Shown: positions 38,428-49,751 of the stretch, piece after piece | How the letters are laid out: every line of letters begins with the position of its first letter | Position numbering within the stretch: position 1 is the first letter of the stretch | From: Patescibacteria group bacterium | GTDB lineage: Bacteria > Patescibacteriota > Patescibacteriia > UBA1558 > GWA2-36-10 | Assembly: GCA_041650755.1 (NCBI GenBank) | Contig: JBAZKN010000002.1 | Location: 69,030 to 133,029 of the forward strand | Direction: 5' to 3' | DNA length: 64,000 nucleotides | Translations under genes and position numbers: made by a program | Notes under the pieces: generated by a model | What the model was told of the DNA's origin: nothing | Database searches by the model: none | The model's input: the letters and a program-made list of their open reading frames with translations, nothing else

Positions 38428-39609
38428 ATGTTACATCTGGGTTTTTTTCAGACTCTTTTCCCGGAGCGCATGCAGCGCCAAGTGAAAGAGCTTTTTATTT
38501 CATCTGTCTTGGTTAATTTTGCTTTAGCCCTAGTCATGCTTTGGGAGCCGGTTTATTTATATCAGATAAATTATCCCTTACAAAAAATAATTTTGTTTTA
38601 TTTATTGACTTACCTTGGCTACATGCTCACCATGCCTCTGGGAGCCAAATTTGCCAAGCGTTATGGCTATGAACCTAGCATTGCCATAGGCGTCTGCCTG
38701 TTTGCTTTTTATTATTTAGGGTTATATCTGATAAAGGATTATCCTTTCCTGTTTTACGTTGTGCCGTTTATCTTTACCTGGCAAAAGACTTTTTATTGGC
38801 CGGCTTATCATGCCAATTTTGCCCGTTTTTCTGAAGCAAAAGAGGAGGGTAGAGAAGTCGGGGTTATGACAGTCATTACTTCGGTGGTATATATCATTGG
38901 GCCGGCTCTGGCTGGTTTTATCATTGCCCAGTTCGGCTATGCGGCCTTGTTTATTTTTGCTGCTGTGGTATTTTTCGCTTCCAATATACCCATGATGATT
39001 ACCAAAGAATCTTTTACTCCCGAAGGTTTTTCTTTTACCATTGTTTATAAGCAGCTGGTTAGTAAAATTAACCGAAAGTCATTGTTAGCTTATTTGGGTT
39101 TTGGTGAAGAGTTTATCGTCTTGGCAATTTGGCCTATTTTTATTTCTTTGATTATCACTAATGTTTTTGATATGGGCGTGGTGGTGGCTCTGGCTACTTT
39201 GGTCACCACTGTTATTACTTTGTATGTCGGTAAATTATCTGATCGCGGTCAAGATCACCGCATCCTTTCTTTGAGCAGCGCTTTTTATAGCCTGTCTTGG
39301 TTTATCAGGATTTTTGTAAACAGCGCGACTGGAGTTTTTTTCTTAGATACCTTATCGCGCCTAGGGAAAAATACTATTTCTGTGCCATTGACAGCCATCA
39401 CTTATGAGCGGGCCAAAAGCGTCAAGCCGGATCAGCACCGCCATATCATGAGCAATGTTTTATTTTTTGAGATGAGCTTGGTGGTGGGCAAGCTCTTGGC
39501 TATTATCTTGATTTATCTGGCGTTATTTTTTGTCGCTGATAATATTTTGGCTTTTAAAATCACGTTTATCTTAGCTGGAGCCATGTCATTGCTTTATATG
39601 TTGTTATAG
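38428..39609 (+). CDS. MFS-like polytopic transporter (~12 TM)
   Basis: 393 aa with 11-12 TM helices arranged as two six-helix halves. Confidence 0.45.
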   Translation: MLHLGFFQTLFPERMQRQVKELFISSVLVNFALALVMLWEPVYLYQINYPLQKIILFYLLTYLGYMLTMPLGAKFAKRYGYEPSIAIGVCLFAFYYLGLYLIKDYPFLFYVVPFIFTWQKTFYWPAYHANFARFSEAKEEGREVGVMTVITSVVYIIGPALAGFIIAQFGYAALFIFAAVVFFASNIPMMITKESFTPEGFSFTIVYKQLVSKINRKSLLAYLGFGEEFIVLAIWPIFISLIITNVFDMGVVVALATLVTTVITLYVGKLSDRGQDHRILSLSSAFYSLSWFIRIFVNSATGVFFLDTLSRLGKNTISVPLTAITYERAKSVKPDQHRHIMSNVLFFEMSLVVGKLLAIILIYLALFFVADNILAFKITFILAGAMSLLYMLL

Positions 39610-39613
39610 TCTT

Positions 39614-40447
39614 ATGACTTCGGCTGAGCTAAAATTCCTATTAAATCGATACAAATTGAGCCCTAATAAGCTGCGGGGGCAGAATTTTTTGGTTGATGAT
39701 GCTATTCTTGATCAAATTATTTATACAGCTCAAAAAAGAGAAGCGGATCTCATTTTGGAGGTCGGTCCAGGCATGGGCGCCCTTACCCAGCGGCTGATAC
39801 TTTTGGGCAAACCGGTAGTTGCTTTGGAAATAGAAAATAATTTTAAACCGCTCCTAGATAAATTGGCGGTAGCCACAGGTAATCTAGAAATTATTTGGCA
39901 GGACATAATGCGCTTGAGCCCTAGACAATGGCAGGATATTTTGGCCAGATATAAAGTTGGGACTTATCAAGTGGTGGCCAATATACCATACTATCTGACC
40001 GGTAAATTTATTCAAAAGTTTATGACTATGCACCCGGCTCCTAGCAGTCTGACCCTGTTGTTGCAAAAAGAAGTAGCGGAGCGCTTAGTCGGCCAGGATA
40101 AAAAAAACAGCTTATTATCTTTGGCGGTTGGATTTTATGGCCAAGCAGAAATAATTTGTCTGGTGGATAAAAAAAGTTTTTATCCCGCGCCGCAAGTTGA
40201 TTCTGCTTTGGTATATATTTATAATGTCAAAGTATGGTCACATCAAGTGGATGAAAAAAAAGTTTGGCAATTGGTCAAACGCGGCTTTGCTCAAAAAAGA
40301 AAAAAACTTTTTAATAATTTATTGACTGACACGCGCCTTGATAGAGAAAAACTGATTGGTGCTTTTGCTGCGATTGGCTTAGATCAAAATGTGCGGGCAG
40401 AAGATTTATCTGTAGAAAATTGGCTAATATTAGCAAAAAAGTTGTAG
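39614..40447 (+). CDS. rsmA: 16S rRNA (adenine1518/1519-N6)-dimethyltransferase
   Basis: GQNFL, EVGPGMGALT (SAM motif I) and NIPY motifs. Confidence 0.9.
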   Translation: MTSAELKFLLNRYKLSPNKLRGQNFLVDDAILDQIIYTAQKREADLILEVGPGMGALTQRLILLGKPVVALEIENNFKPLLDKLAVATGNLEIIWQDIMRLSPRQWQDILARYKVGTYQVVANIPYYLTGKFIQKFMTMHPAPSSLTLLLQKEVAERLVGQDKKNSLLSLAVGFYGQAEIICLVDKKSFYPAPQVDSALVYIYNVKVWSHQVDEKKVWQLVKRGFAQKRKKLFNNLLTDTRLDREKLIGAFAAIGLDQNVRAEDLSVENWLILAKKL

Positions 40448-40479
40448 TGTTTAATTTTAGGATAACTTTTTTTTGTTTT

Positions 40480-40506
40480 AGCGGGCTGTGGCCCGCTTTA
40501 TGTTTT
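40480..40506 (+). terminator. Rho-independent terminator after rsmA
   Basis: AGCGGGC-tgtg-GCCCGCT followed by TTATGTTTT. Confidence 0.5.
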
Positions 40507-40555
40507 GGAAATTTATTGAATTTATGTTATAATAAAGCTAAATCAAAATGATTTT

Positions 40556-41353
40556 ATGGCTAAAAAATTATACCAGATTGACACTGGCGAAGAAGTTGAT
40601 ATTAAAGATTTGATTAATCAGGATGAGTTGTCCATGCGTGGCGGTGGTCGGCGTAAATTAAGCAAGCAACAGCATCGCGTGCTGTGGCCTTTTTTAATTT
40701 TGAGTTTAGTTTTAGTGATATTTGTCGGTAGCTATTGGTATGGCAATATCAGGCAGTCGGTGCGCTATACTTTGCCGGATTTTATCAAAGAGCAATTGAC
40801 ATCCGACAAGACTGAAGAACAGCAAATCGCCGAATTAAAAAATAAAGACACTGATCACGATAGCCTGACGGATTATGCTGAGCTATATCAATACAATACC
40901 AGCATGTTTTTGGAAGATACCGATAGCGATGGGATATCTGATTACGATGAGGTGACCAAGGGCATGGATCCACTCTGCCCAGAGGGGCAAAGTTGTAGTT
41001 TATTAAAATTGATTACCCCCGAAAGCCACTTGGCTGATGTCTTGCGCGATGTCAGCGTTGATCAAAATCTGACTTTGCAGCAAGCCGCTTTAAATGAGTT
41101 CCGTAAATTTTTGATAGATAATGGCATGAGCAAAGAAGAGGTTGATTCTTTGAGCGATGATGATTTACTATCTATCATTCAGCTGGCCGATGAAGAGAAT
41201 ATATTGCCGGCCGAATCAATGAACGCCTCTACTACTCCCGAGCAAGTGCGAGAATTTTTGCTCAGTCAGCCAGACGCCGATCAAACCAGGATTAAGGAGC
41301 TAAGTAATGAAGAGCTGCTAACCATCAAAGACCAATTATTGAGTGGGCAATAA
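40556..41353 (+). CDS. Membrane-anchored acidic protein with thrombospondin-type-3-like Ca-binding repeats
   Basis: One TM segment near the N-terminus, then DTDHDSLTDYAE and DTDSDGISDYDE (DxDxDG-type) repeats and an acidic C-terminus. Confidence 0.4.
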   Translation: MAKKLYQIDTGEEVDIKDLINQDELSMRGGGRRKLSKQQHRVLWPFLILSLVLVIFVGSYWYGNIRQSVRYTLPDFIKEQLTSDKTEEQQIAELKNKDTDHDSLTDYAELYQYNTSMFLEDTDSDGISDYDEVTKGMDPLCPEGQSCSLLKLITPESHLADVLRDVSVDQNLTLQQAALNEFRKFLIDNGMSKEEVDSLSDDDLLSIIQLADEENILPAESMNASTTPEQVREFLLSQPDADQTRIKELSNEELLTIKDQLLSGQ

Positions 41354-41420
41354 TAAAATAAATCATTATAAAAAACGAAAATTAATCACCAGATATATTA
41401 TTAAGTAAATTTTTAACGGG

Positions 41421-44400
41421 ATGAGAGCTTATCAAAAAATATTATTAGGCGTCTTAGTGGCGGTGGTCGCTGCTACTATGATTTTTAGCATCCCAAAACC
41501 TCAGTCAGCTCAAGCTTTGGGTCCATCTTTGCCAAACTTTGTCGAGATAGCTACTTGGGTTTGGACACGTGCTAAATACGCATATCATAAAGTGGAAAGC
41601 GCTTTGACTAGCCAGCTCTTGGTACGCACTGTTGAAACTTATGTTAATAATCTGGCCTATAATATGGCGACCAGTATTGCCACTAATGGTGCAGGCGGTA
41701 AGCCATTATTTGAGACCAAAAGTGTAAAAAATGCCCTAAAACAGGCCCAAGAGGCAGCCGCCGGAGAGTTTATCGGCCAATTGAGCGCTAGCAGCTTTAG
41801 CCAATTGGGCTTTAACCTTTGCGAACCATCTTTGAACGTCAGATTATCTATTACCTTAGGCTTAATAGATTCTACTGCACCGCCAACGCCAAAGTGTAAT
41901 TGGCAAGATGTAAAATCCAAATGGGAGAGATTCGGTAATTTGACTATTTCTGATATGGTCAAATTTCAACTGGATACTGCTCCTAGTAAATATACTAGTC
42001 TTACTCCACTGGAGGGCAGCAGCAGCCGCATAAATGTATGGCAGAATTATGATGATTTTTTCAAGAGTTTTTCCTTGGAACAAAGTGATTGGGGTGTTTT
42101 TGGTAAATTGAATGAGGCTTATGAAAAAGCTCAACAAGATGCTGTGGCTGCCAAAGACACCTATCTTAAAATCTGCAATGGCTATCTAAATAATGAGACT
42201 ACTGTTAGTGAAGATGTCAAAACCACCTGTAAAGCAATAGTGGATTCACAAGGCGCGGCTTTGGCAACTTTGGCAGTGTCTGATATAGAAAAGATAAAAT
42301 TACCATCTCAGGTCAGCTCGCCCAACCCGAATTTGAGTCAGGTCATGAAGAATGCCGGCAAGTATTTTATCAGTACTCTAGCTTCCAAGTCACAGCCTAT
42401 TTTCTTGAAGCTGGTAAATAAATGGCTAAAAGAAGGCATGGCCTCTTTTGTGTCTTTATTTAAAAGTAATCAATCTTTGCGCGATGATCTTTTGGCTCAA
42501 TTGCGGGGAGGGGCAGATCTCTATCAGCCGCGCGGTGTAGATTTTTATTCTGAATTTAAAAAGATAGAATTTGACACCGTGGAGTCCTATGGTTTACTGG
42601 ATGATTTTGCCGTTTGTCCAGAAGATACGCAGTATCGTAAACCGGACAATTGTGTCATCTCGGCTGATTTTTTACAGGCTGTCAACAGCAAAGTCACCGT
42701 GCAGGAAGCGATCGATAGTGGCTATATCAATGGCGGCTTGCCTTTGGTAGGGCGCGACGATGCTTTGCGTGATAGTAATAGCCAGTGTTATCGGGATGGC
42801 TTGTGTTATAGTAATTTAGTCAAATTACGCAAAGCTAATATTATACCGGTAGGTTGGGAAATGGCCGCTCTCAAGAGCCCCAGTACCAAGCCAGCGACTT
42901 TGCAGCAGGCCATTGATTGTTTTGAAGATGACGCTAGTAAATGTAGCGTGCCGGCTACTGGCCATAATCCATATTATCATTTGATTGACCCTAATTGGAT
43001 TTTGAAAGCGCCAGCTGCTATTTGCAGCGCCTATGTCTACGCCCCAGTTTTGGAAGCACCAGATTCAAGCAATCGGCAGCAATATTGTGCCGACACCAAA
43101 GTATGTTTGCGCGAAGATGATAAAGGTAATTGTCTAGATGGCCAATATGGCTATTGTACCAAGAGTGAAAACATTTGGCGTTTTCAGGGTGATATTTGCC
43201 AAGATGGAGATATCTATAGCGGTTGTTTGACTTTTTCTGGCGCCAGCCGGCCGATACAATCATATTTAGAACAATCCTTAAGTTATTGTACGGCCGATCA
43301 GGTAGGCTGCCAGCGCTATTCCCAAGAGAAGAATGATGATGGCGAGTGGGTATTCCAAAGTATCGGTGCTGATGACAATGATTTATTTTTAAATAAACAG
43401 GCTCAAACTTGTTCAGCAGCTGAAAATGGTTGTTCGGAATTTATTATAATGGCGGCAGACAGTGGAGCAAATTTATTTGCCAACGGTGATTTTGAGATGG
43501 ATAGCGACAGCGACTTGTTGCCAGATGGATATGCAGTTTTTGACGTTGCTTCTGTGCCATTATTTGCGCCATATTTAGTATCTGGTCAAGGGGTGGATAA
43601 TTCCAACGCCGCGTTATCTAGAATCGGAGCGGGTAATGCTTGCCGCCGCATAGATGTTTTCCCCAATACTTTATATAATTTTTCCGCCTCCTTTAAGCAA
43701 TCAAGCATAGTTTCTCAAGCAGAAATATTATTACAATCTTGCACTAGCGCGAATAGTCAGCCTGGTAATATCAGCTCACCCGATGGGTCTTTTACAGTAT
43801 TTAATGATGGGGGCAGTACTTTCCCACCAAATAAAGGTTATGTCAGGTTGGAATCCACTGAGTATAATAATACTGGTTATACCCGTGTTGCCGGTACTAT
43901 CAATTCCGGTGATTCAGTTTCTTGTTGGGTATGCGCCGGCGGCGTAAATGAATATCAGTATGTGGATAATTTAAAAGTAGAAATAGTCAGTCAGCCGAAA
44001 GCAGAAGCGAATTATTCTGCTTATGGTGCCGGTGCCAAGATAGTTTTAAATGGCTCTCGCAGCATGTGCACTGCCCAAGAAGTTGGTTGTCAAGGATATA
44101 CTCCTAGTAATGGTGATCCAATGATTCCGGCTGTCATCAATCAGACAGATCTATGTCCGTCACAATGCGTCGGCTATGCTAGTTTTGCTCAGCAGACAGA
44201 TATTTTTGATGCCGTCGATCCTTTGAGCAGCAATGAAGTAGAATATTATAATTTTATTCCTAAAGATAAAAACACCAAGACTTGCCCAGCCCAAGCAGTT
44301 GGCTGCGAGGAGTTCACTAATCTTGATGAAGTAGCTAAGGGAGGAGAGGGCAAAGAATATTATACTTATCTCCGTCAATGCGTGGCGGAAGATCTGGGGC

Positions 44401-47400
44401 ATACTTATTATACTTGGGAGGGTTCTGATGTAGCCGGCTATCAGATTAAGACTTGGCTGGCTTTGTCTAGCAATAGCGGTGGCCCCTGTACCAATGTCGC
44501 CCCAGCTGGTGATGTCTGTCTGGATGACTCTAGCCCGAGTACAGCAGCAGCGATTTGTACAGCTACTGAAGCGGCTACTGACCCAAATTGTCGGCAGTTC
44601 TTTGATTCGGACGGGACATCCTATTATCGTTATCAAAATAGAATAATTTTTGCTAGCGGCGATTGTCACGATTATCGCCGCACGGCCACAGGCAGCACCT
44701 TTAGAGCCATTCCTTCATTGAGCACGCAGTGTGAGGCCCAGTACAAGGATTGTCGCTCTTATTATGGCAATACAGCCAATAATGTTTACCAGATTCTTAG
44801 CGATAACTTTGAACAGAATGTCTACTCACCTTGGCAAGCATATCTAGCCACGATTGACTTGTCTCCAGAGTCTTTGGAAAATAATGGCCATTCTTTGAAG
44901 ATAGTCAAGAGCGGTAATTGGGCAGACATATATCGCCCCTTAGGCATAGCTCCGGAAAATAATAAACAATATCAGGTCTCTTGGTGGATGAAAAATGATG
45001 CGCCGCTAAATTATGTCAGGGTGCGCCTAGTGCCATCATATAATGGCGGCGGTTATGTCAGATTTAGAGTCAAGGACTCATCTGTTATTACTGATGGATT
45101 TTTGGTGAATATTTTAAATGATAGTACTTTAAGCAATGTCAGTGCGGCTACTTGGCATCGGTTTGAAGCCAGCAATACGCTTGATTTCAATGATATCGTC
45201 TTAGATGCTGGCCGTACCCTAGCTGATATTAATTGGAATAATACGCTTTTGGTCATTGATGCTTCTAACTCTACTAGTAACGATCAATTATTTTTTGATA
45301 ATATAATTTTTAAAGAAGTCAATAGCAGCATTTCTGTTATTAAGAATTCTTGGCAAACACCAATAGCTTGCGACACTCCTTATACTGGTTATTACTTGGG
45401 TTGTCAGACCTACACCGATACCAATAATAATCAATACAATTTACACTCCTTTTCTAGCCTGTGTCGCGTAGAAGCTATTGGTTGTATGCCGGCTATTGAT
45501 ACACATAATTCCAGTAATCCATTTGCCGAGACTTTCAATGCTGGCGATAACTCTGAAATCACAGTACCGGCTGATAATACAACTTATTTGGTGCCGGATA
45601 ATACTAAATATTGCGCTAGCCAATATAAAGGTTGTATGGCCTTGGGTGTGCCAGACCTTACGCAGCCCAGCTATTTGACAACGGTATATAAGATAAATAA
45701 TCCTGATTATTATGGTACGACTTTGTGCCCCAGCACGGCCTTGGGTTGTGATGAATATATTTCCAGTAAGGGCACATATTATTTCCGTGATCCAGGCACA
45801 GAAACTTGTACCTACAAGAAAAATATATCAGTCGATGGCAGTATCGTGTCCGGCTGGTTTAAGACCAGCACCATAAATACCAACTCGCCGATAGCCTGCA
45901 ATGATTACAATAATGACGGATCAATAAATTTGAGCGATTCAGTATTGTATATGCAAGGGGAGCGTCAGGGCGCCCAGGTCTGTTCAATTGATAAAAATTT
46001 ATGCACGGCCTTCGTTGACCCATCGGATCCGCAGAGTTGCACTTTTGGTTATTGTGCCAATCTTTCTGGCACGCCAGAGTCTGGGTATGCCAGCCAGTAT
46101 GCCTGTGAATCCAATCCATCAATGAGATGGGTGCCGGGCACTTGCCAGACTTATTACTATTATAATAATGATAACATTGATAAGGATTCTTGTGCCGGCG
46201 AGGTAGATAAAAATAGTGGCTGCGCTTTGTTTTATGAGGCAAATGATTGGAACGCCGATCACAGTGCCGTCAATGTGACTTATGACTCTACTAAGACTTA
46301 TGATAGCAATGTGTCTACTGGTAAGCCGGTTAGTCCGGTAATTTGCAATAGTAGCCAGGATCCAACCTGCGAATTAGATGCTAATATTCTTCTGAAGGTA
46401 AAGAAAGATCGCCAGTGCGGGGAATGGCTGGCTTGTCGCTCTTCATCAGTGGTTTGGGATAGTGATAATAATAAATATAAAGTAGTTTGCGCTGACTTGA
46501 GTTTATGCAATGAGTTTGATCCGGATAATAATATCACTAAATGCGGCAATTGGGTTGATCCGGGGAACTTGCCGCTGACTGAGGACCTATATCAGAGCCG
46601 CACTACGGGAGCCAATAATCATTTGCAATGGGGCGACATGGACTATACTGGTTTTTCAATACCAGATTTCATGCCGGTTGCTGCTCTGACAGTGGTCAAT
46701 TTTGGCACAGCGGCTAGTCCAAATCCTCGCTTGGTTTACGCTGTCAGCAGCCCGACTTGTCTGCCAAATGGCCGCTCTTGTGATGTGGTTTTGGATGGCA
46801 CGACGTATACCGGCGTTTGTCAGGATCGCCAATGCACCATCAACCCAGATTTATCAAATAATAATTTATTGGTTGATACCCGCGGCTTCACTAGCGCCGA
46901 TGCTCCTTTTCCCATCAGTATTGCTCCTGACCAAAATCAGCTCGATAGGCTGGCAGCTTATGCGGGAGCCAACATGTGCCAATCGATCAATAGTTCTGGC
47001 GTTTCGACGCCAAACGGCTGTGAACTTTCTTATGTAAAATTAACTTATGGCAGTAGCGGTGAAGTGCGCTATTATCCAAAGAATTCACCCACGCCGAATG
47101 GTATCTGCACTTCTGGCGATTTAGATAGCAAGATCGATTGTGTAGATAGCAGTGGTGCGGTCAGAAATAATTTGTGCGACACCTATAATGATGATGGTAC
47201 TTCTCGGGCTGATGGTATGTGCTCCAAAAAAACAAAAGCTGAGACAGTCTATAATTGGCCGGGCATTTGTTTGGAAAAAGATTATAACGCTAAGTTAGTC
47301 AATGATACTGGCGGCAATTTTTATTGCAATCAATGGTATCCAGCCGAACAAATCAACGGCATGAATAGTCTGTATGACAATTATCGTGAGGCCGGGTATT

Positions 47401-49724
47401 ATAATCCGACCGGCCAAGATGCTCTATTTTGTTCAGTGGCCGAGCCCTTCCAATTGCAAACCGAAAGGATATATTGCGGTCGTCGTGGTGGGTCCGATCC
47501 AAATCACTGTAATCTACTTTTGCGCGTGCCGGCAGGCTCAAAAGTTTTAGTAAGTAATATGGCCGGCAATAATAATTTAATAAATTACGGCTATTTGCGT
47601 TCCAGTGCTTTCAATTTTGTAGAAGGCAACATGACCACTGGTCCTTATTATATGTTTGACCGCATAGAGAAAGTCGGTATAGATGTTGGTGTCTCTTACG
47701 AAGAGGCCAAGTTTTCCGTGGATGATTTCGTCATCGCCCCGGGCACCGATAAGGCCAACGTACCAGTGGTTGATAGAGCTGTGTTAGCTAAATTTTTTGA
47801 CACTGGCACAAACAAGATAGAGCTGTATTTTTATGATGAAGATATAAATAGAAACGGCGACGGTAACCCTGACGCTAGAATCTTGGTGCGCGATATTACT
47901 GCGCCAGCTTCACCCTTTGATTGTCAGGGAGTGATGAGCGATAGTGAGCCGAATGACGTCAGCAGTGTTTGTAATTGTGGTGTTGATATTCCGGGCCTGA
48001 CCGACAGAGGCTGTCACGAGGTCTGGCGTGGCCTATATAATCCTTTACCGTATAATTATTACGTTAAAGCAGAAACGCCGCCATTAGAGATAGTTACTGA
48101 GACCGATTGCAGCGATGCTGCTAGCGGTTATGCTTCCCCTCCGGGCAAGGGTATTGCTTGTTTAAATTCTCGCTCAACAACCTTTGCTAATTATTGGACG
48201 CAAATTACAAATGGCACGATTGCCAGCGAAGATGATTGTCGTGGTAACGCTAATTGTGAATTCGCTTGGTGTTTGTCGGGGCAAGTTACAGATAATGACA
48301 GCGCGACTGCGGGGTATCAATTGTATTGTTCAGAATTCGGCGGCATGTCCATTAGTGGTCGGGTATTTAACAGTATCTTTTTATCTAGTTCGTCTGGTAT
48401 TACCAGCTGTATGGACAGATTATTTTCAGTTGGCGCTTTGACGCAATATGGCTATTCAGTGAATGTTATAACATCAGTTGATCAGGGTCTACTAAGAGCT
48501 TTGTTCAATGATTCTAGTGCCACTTTTGAAATGACAGACATTTATGATTCTGATGACGGCTGCATAGAGTCTAATACTTCAGCCGCTACCAGCACCACTC
48601 CCAATGTGTATTTTGTCGATCGGCCATGTGGAATTGCTAGTAGTATTCAAAGCTGCATTACCTTTGGCCAATATTATACCGCTGAAATGTCAGGCAGCCC
48701 TTGTACTGGATTAGCTTGTTATCAGCAGTGTCGTTTGGTAGCTCAGTTGGATCCGGAAGGCGACAAATCTTGGGTGAGGACAGATATTTGGTGGCGCAAT
48801 GAAAACAATAGCCGCAATAATTATCCGGGAAATAATACTTGGTTATCGTACTATTATAAATCCAGCTTTTTGCAGAATAGCAACGTGAATTATAAGACTA
48901 TTACCGGCGAAACCGTGTCCTTTACTCATTTTGGGGCGGCTTTGGGTTATGTTGGCAAGGACGTAGTTAATGTTCGGGCGCCATTTAATGCCACGGCTTT
49001 TTCGCCATTGTCTACGGCTACATTCTTCTATCATTGGCCGGGCGGTCCCGCCAATTTATCCCTTACCCAAGCCTGGGGTACGGCCAGCGGGCAGTTAGAT
49101 TATTTATTCGTCAGGTCTTTTAATTTGCAGTGGAACAACACCAGCCAGACCTATGAGATTTTTGGCAGCCCAGTGGATATTTATGAAGGTAGTGATTTTA
49201 CCAACAAATATAATATTAAAGCTGGTCCAGATTATAATCCGGCGATTTTACAAGTTTGCGGTAACAATACTTGTGATAATGCCAGCGGTGTGACGGTCGA
49301 TGATCGTGGTTCTGGTGAAGTCAAAGCCAAAGAATCTCTGATGGTAGCCTTGAAGTTTTATTATTATGCTCATCCTGATCATATGCCGGTATCCAATATT
49401 ACGGTAAATTGGGGTGATGGTTCCAGTACGGTTTCTGCTCCGGGTAAGTACAAAAACAACATTCCTGATTGTAATCAAGACATACCAATGCCGGGCAAGG
49501 CAGCGGATACTTTGCAGGGCTTTGGCGGCACTGATAGAGCTTGCCGCGAAGGCTACAAGACTTTCTATCATGATTATCAGTTATCTTCCCCAGTCCATAA
49601 TGCCACTTGTAGTGCTACCGCGGCCGTTGGATCCGTCTGTTTTCAGCCGACCGTGACCGTTACTGACCATTGGGGAAATTCGACGACAGCCAACTTTGGC
49701 GGTCAAGTAGTGATAGAGCCTTAA
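41421..49724 (+). CDS. Giant (2767 aa) secreted Cys-rich surface protein with jelly-roll carbohydrate-binding-like domains
   Basis: Uninterrupted 8.3-kb ORF with a signal peptide (cleavage after AQA). About 100 Cys in recurring (V/L)GC(Q/E/M/D)x(Y/F) modules. Two CBM4/9-like regions (ANGDFE...DNLKVEIV; NFEQN...LFFDNIIF). Confidence 0.7.
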   Translation: MRAYQKILLGVLVAVVAATMIFSIPKPQSAQALGPSLPNFVEIATWVWTRAKYAYHKVESALTSQLLVRTVETYVNNLAYNMATSIATNGAGGKPLFETKSVKNALKQAQEAAAGEFIGQLSASSFSQLGFNLCEPSLNVRLSITLGLIDSTAPPTPKCNWQDVKSKWERFGNLTISDMVKFQLDTAPSKYTSLTPLEGSSSRINVWQNYDDFFKSFSLEQSDWGVFGKLNEAYEKAQQDAVAAKDTYLKICNGYLNNETTVSEDVKTTCKAIVDSQGAALATLAVSDIEKIKLPSQVSSPNPNLSQVMKNAGKYFISTLASKSQPIFLKLVNKWLKEGMASFVSLFKSNQSLRDDLLAQLRGGADLYQPRGVDFYSEFKKIEFDTVESYGLLDDFAVCPEDTQYRKPDNCVISADFLQAVNSKVTVQEAIDSGYINGGLPLVGRDDALRDSNSQCYRDGLCYSNLVKLRKANIIPVGWEMAALKSPSTKPATLQQAIDCFEDDASKCSVPATGHNPYYHLIDPNWILKAPAAICSAYVYAPVLEAPDSSNRQQYCADTKVCLREDDKGNCLDGQYGYCTKSENIWRFQGDICQDGDIYSGCLTFSGASRPIQSYLEQSLSYCTADQVGCQRYSQEKNDDGEWVFQSIGADDNDLFLNKQAQTCSAAENGCSEFIIMAADSGANLFANGDFEMDSDSDLLPDGYAVFDVASVPLFAPYLVSGQGVDNSNAALSRIGAGNACRRIDVFPNTLYNFSASFKQSSIVSQAEILLQSCTSANSQPGNISSPDGSFTVFNDGGSTFPPNKGYVRLESTEYNNTGYTRVAGTINSGDSVSCWVCAGGVNEYQYVDNLKVEIVSQPKAEANYSAYGAGAKIVLNGSRSMCTAQEVGCQGYTPSNGDPMIPAVINQTDLCPSQCVGYASFAQQTDIFDAVDPLSSNEVEYYNFIPKDKNTKTCPAQAVGCEEFTNLDEVAKGGEGKEYYTYLRQCVAEDLGHTYYTWEGSDVAGYQIKTWLALSSNSGGPCTNVAPAGDVCLDDSSPSTAAAICTATEAATDPNCRQFFDSDGTSYYRYQNRIIFASGDCHDYRRTATGSTFRAIPSLSTQCEAQYKDCRSYYGNTANNVYQILSDNFEQNVYSPWQAYLATIDLSPESLENNGHSLKIVKSGNWADIYRPLGIAPENNKQYQVSWWMKNDAPLNYVRVRLVPSYNGGGYVRFRVKDSSVITDGFLVNILNDSTLSNVSAATWHRFEASNTLDFNDIVLDAGRTLADINWNNTLLVIDASNSTSNDQLFFDNIIFKEVNSSISVIKNSWQTPIACDTPYTGYYLGCQTYTDTNNNQYNLHSFSSLCRVEAIGCMPAIDTHNSSNPFAETFNAGDNSEITVPADNTTYLVPDNTKYCASQYKGCMALGVPDLTQPSYLTTVYKINNPDYYGTTLCPSTALGCDEYISSKGTYYFRDPGTETCTYKKNISVDGSIVSGWFKTSTINTNSPIACNDYNNDGSINLSDSVLYMQGERQGAQVCSIDKNLCTAFVDPSDPQSCTFGYCANLSGTPESGYASQYACESNPSMRWVPGTCQTYYYYNNDNIDKDSCAGEVDKNSGCALFYEANDWNADHSAVNVTYDSTKTYDSNVSTGKPVSPVICNSSQDPTCELDANILLKVKKDRQCGEWLACRSSSVVWDSDNNKYKVVCADLSLCNEFDPDNNITKCGNWVDPGNLPLTEDLYQSRTTGANNHLQWGDMDYTGFSIPDFMPVAALTVVNFGTAASPNPRLVYAVSSPTCLPNGRSCDVVLDGTTYTGVCQDRQCTINPDLSNNNLLVDTRGFTSADAPFPISIAPDQNQLDRLAAYAGANMCQSINSSGVSTPNGCELSYVKLTYGSSGEVRYYPKNSPTPNGICTSGDLDSKIDCVDSSGAVRNNLCDTYNDDGTSRADGMCSKKTKAETVYNWPGICLEKDYNAKLVNDTGGNFYCNQWYPAEQINGMNSLYDNYREAGYYNPTGQDALFCSVAEPFQLQTERIYCGRRGGSDPNHCNLLLRVPAGSKVLVSNMAGNNNLINYGYLRSSAFNFVEGNMTTGPYYMFDRIEKVGIDVGVSYEEAKFSVDDFVIAPGTDKANVPVVDRAVLAKFFDTGTNKIELYFYDEDINRNGDGNPDARILVRDITAPASPFDCQGVMSDSEPNDVSSVCNCGVDIPGLTDRGCHEVWRGLYNPLPYNYYVKAETPPLEIVTETDCSDAASGYASPPGKGIACLNSRSTTFANYWTQITNGTIASEDDCRGNANCEFAWCLSGQVTDNDSATAGYQLYCSEFGGMSISGRVFNSIFLSSSSGITSCMDRLFSVGALTQYGYSVNVITSVDQGLLRALFNDSSATFEMTDIYDSDDGCIESNTSAATSTTPNVYFVDRPCGIASSIQSCITFGQYYTAEMSGSPCTGLACYQQCRLVAQLDPEGDKSWVRTDIWWRNENNSRNNYPGNNTWLSYYYKSSFLQNSNVNYKTITGETVSFTHFGAALGYVGKDVVNVRAPFNATAFSPLSTATFFYHWPGGPANLSLTQAWGTASGQLDYLFVRSFNLQWNNTSQTYEIFGSPVDIYEGSDFTNKYNIKAGPDYNPAILQVCGNNTCDNASGVTVDDRGSGEVKAKESLMVALKFYYYAHPDHMPVSNITVNWGDGSSTVSAPGKYKNNIPDCNQDIPMPGKAADTLQGFGGTDRACREGYKTFYHDYQLSSPVHNATCSATAAVGSVCFQPTVTVTDHWGNSTTANFGGQVVIEP

Positions 49725-49751
49725 ATTTAGTATAAAAAATTAAAATATTTT

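Noticed and set aside
41657-49571. Numerous 60-170-aa ORFs on both strands inside the giant gene, for example 44160..44669 (minus)
   Set aside because: They are nested in a single uninterrupted 8.3-kb ORF with a signal peptide and consistent composition. They are shadow frames.
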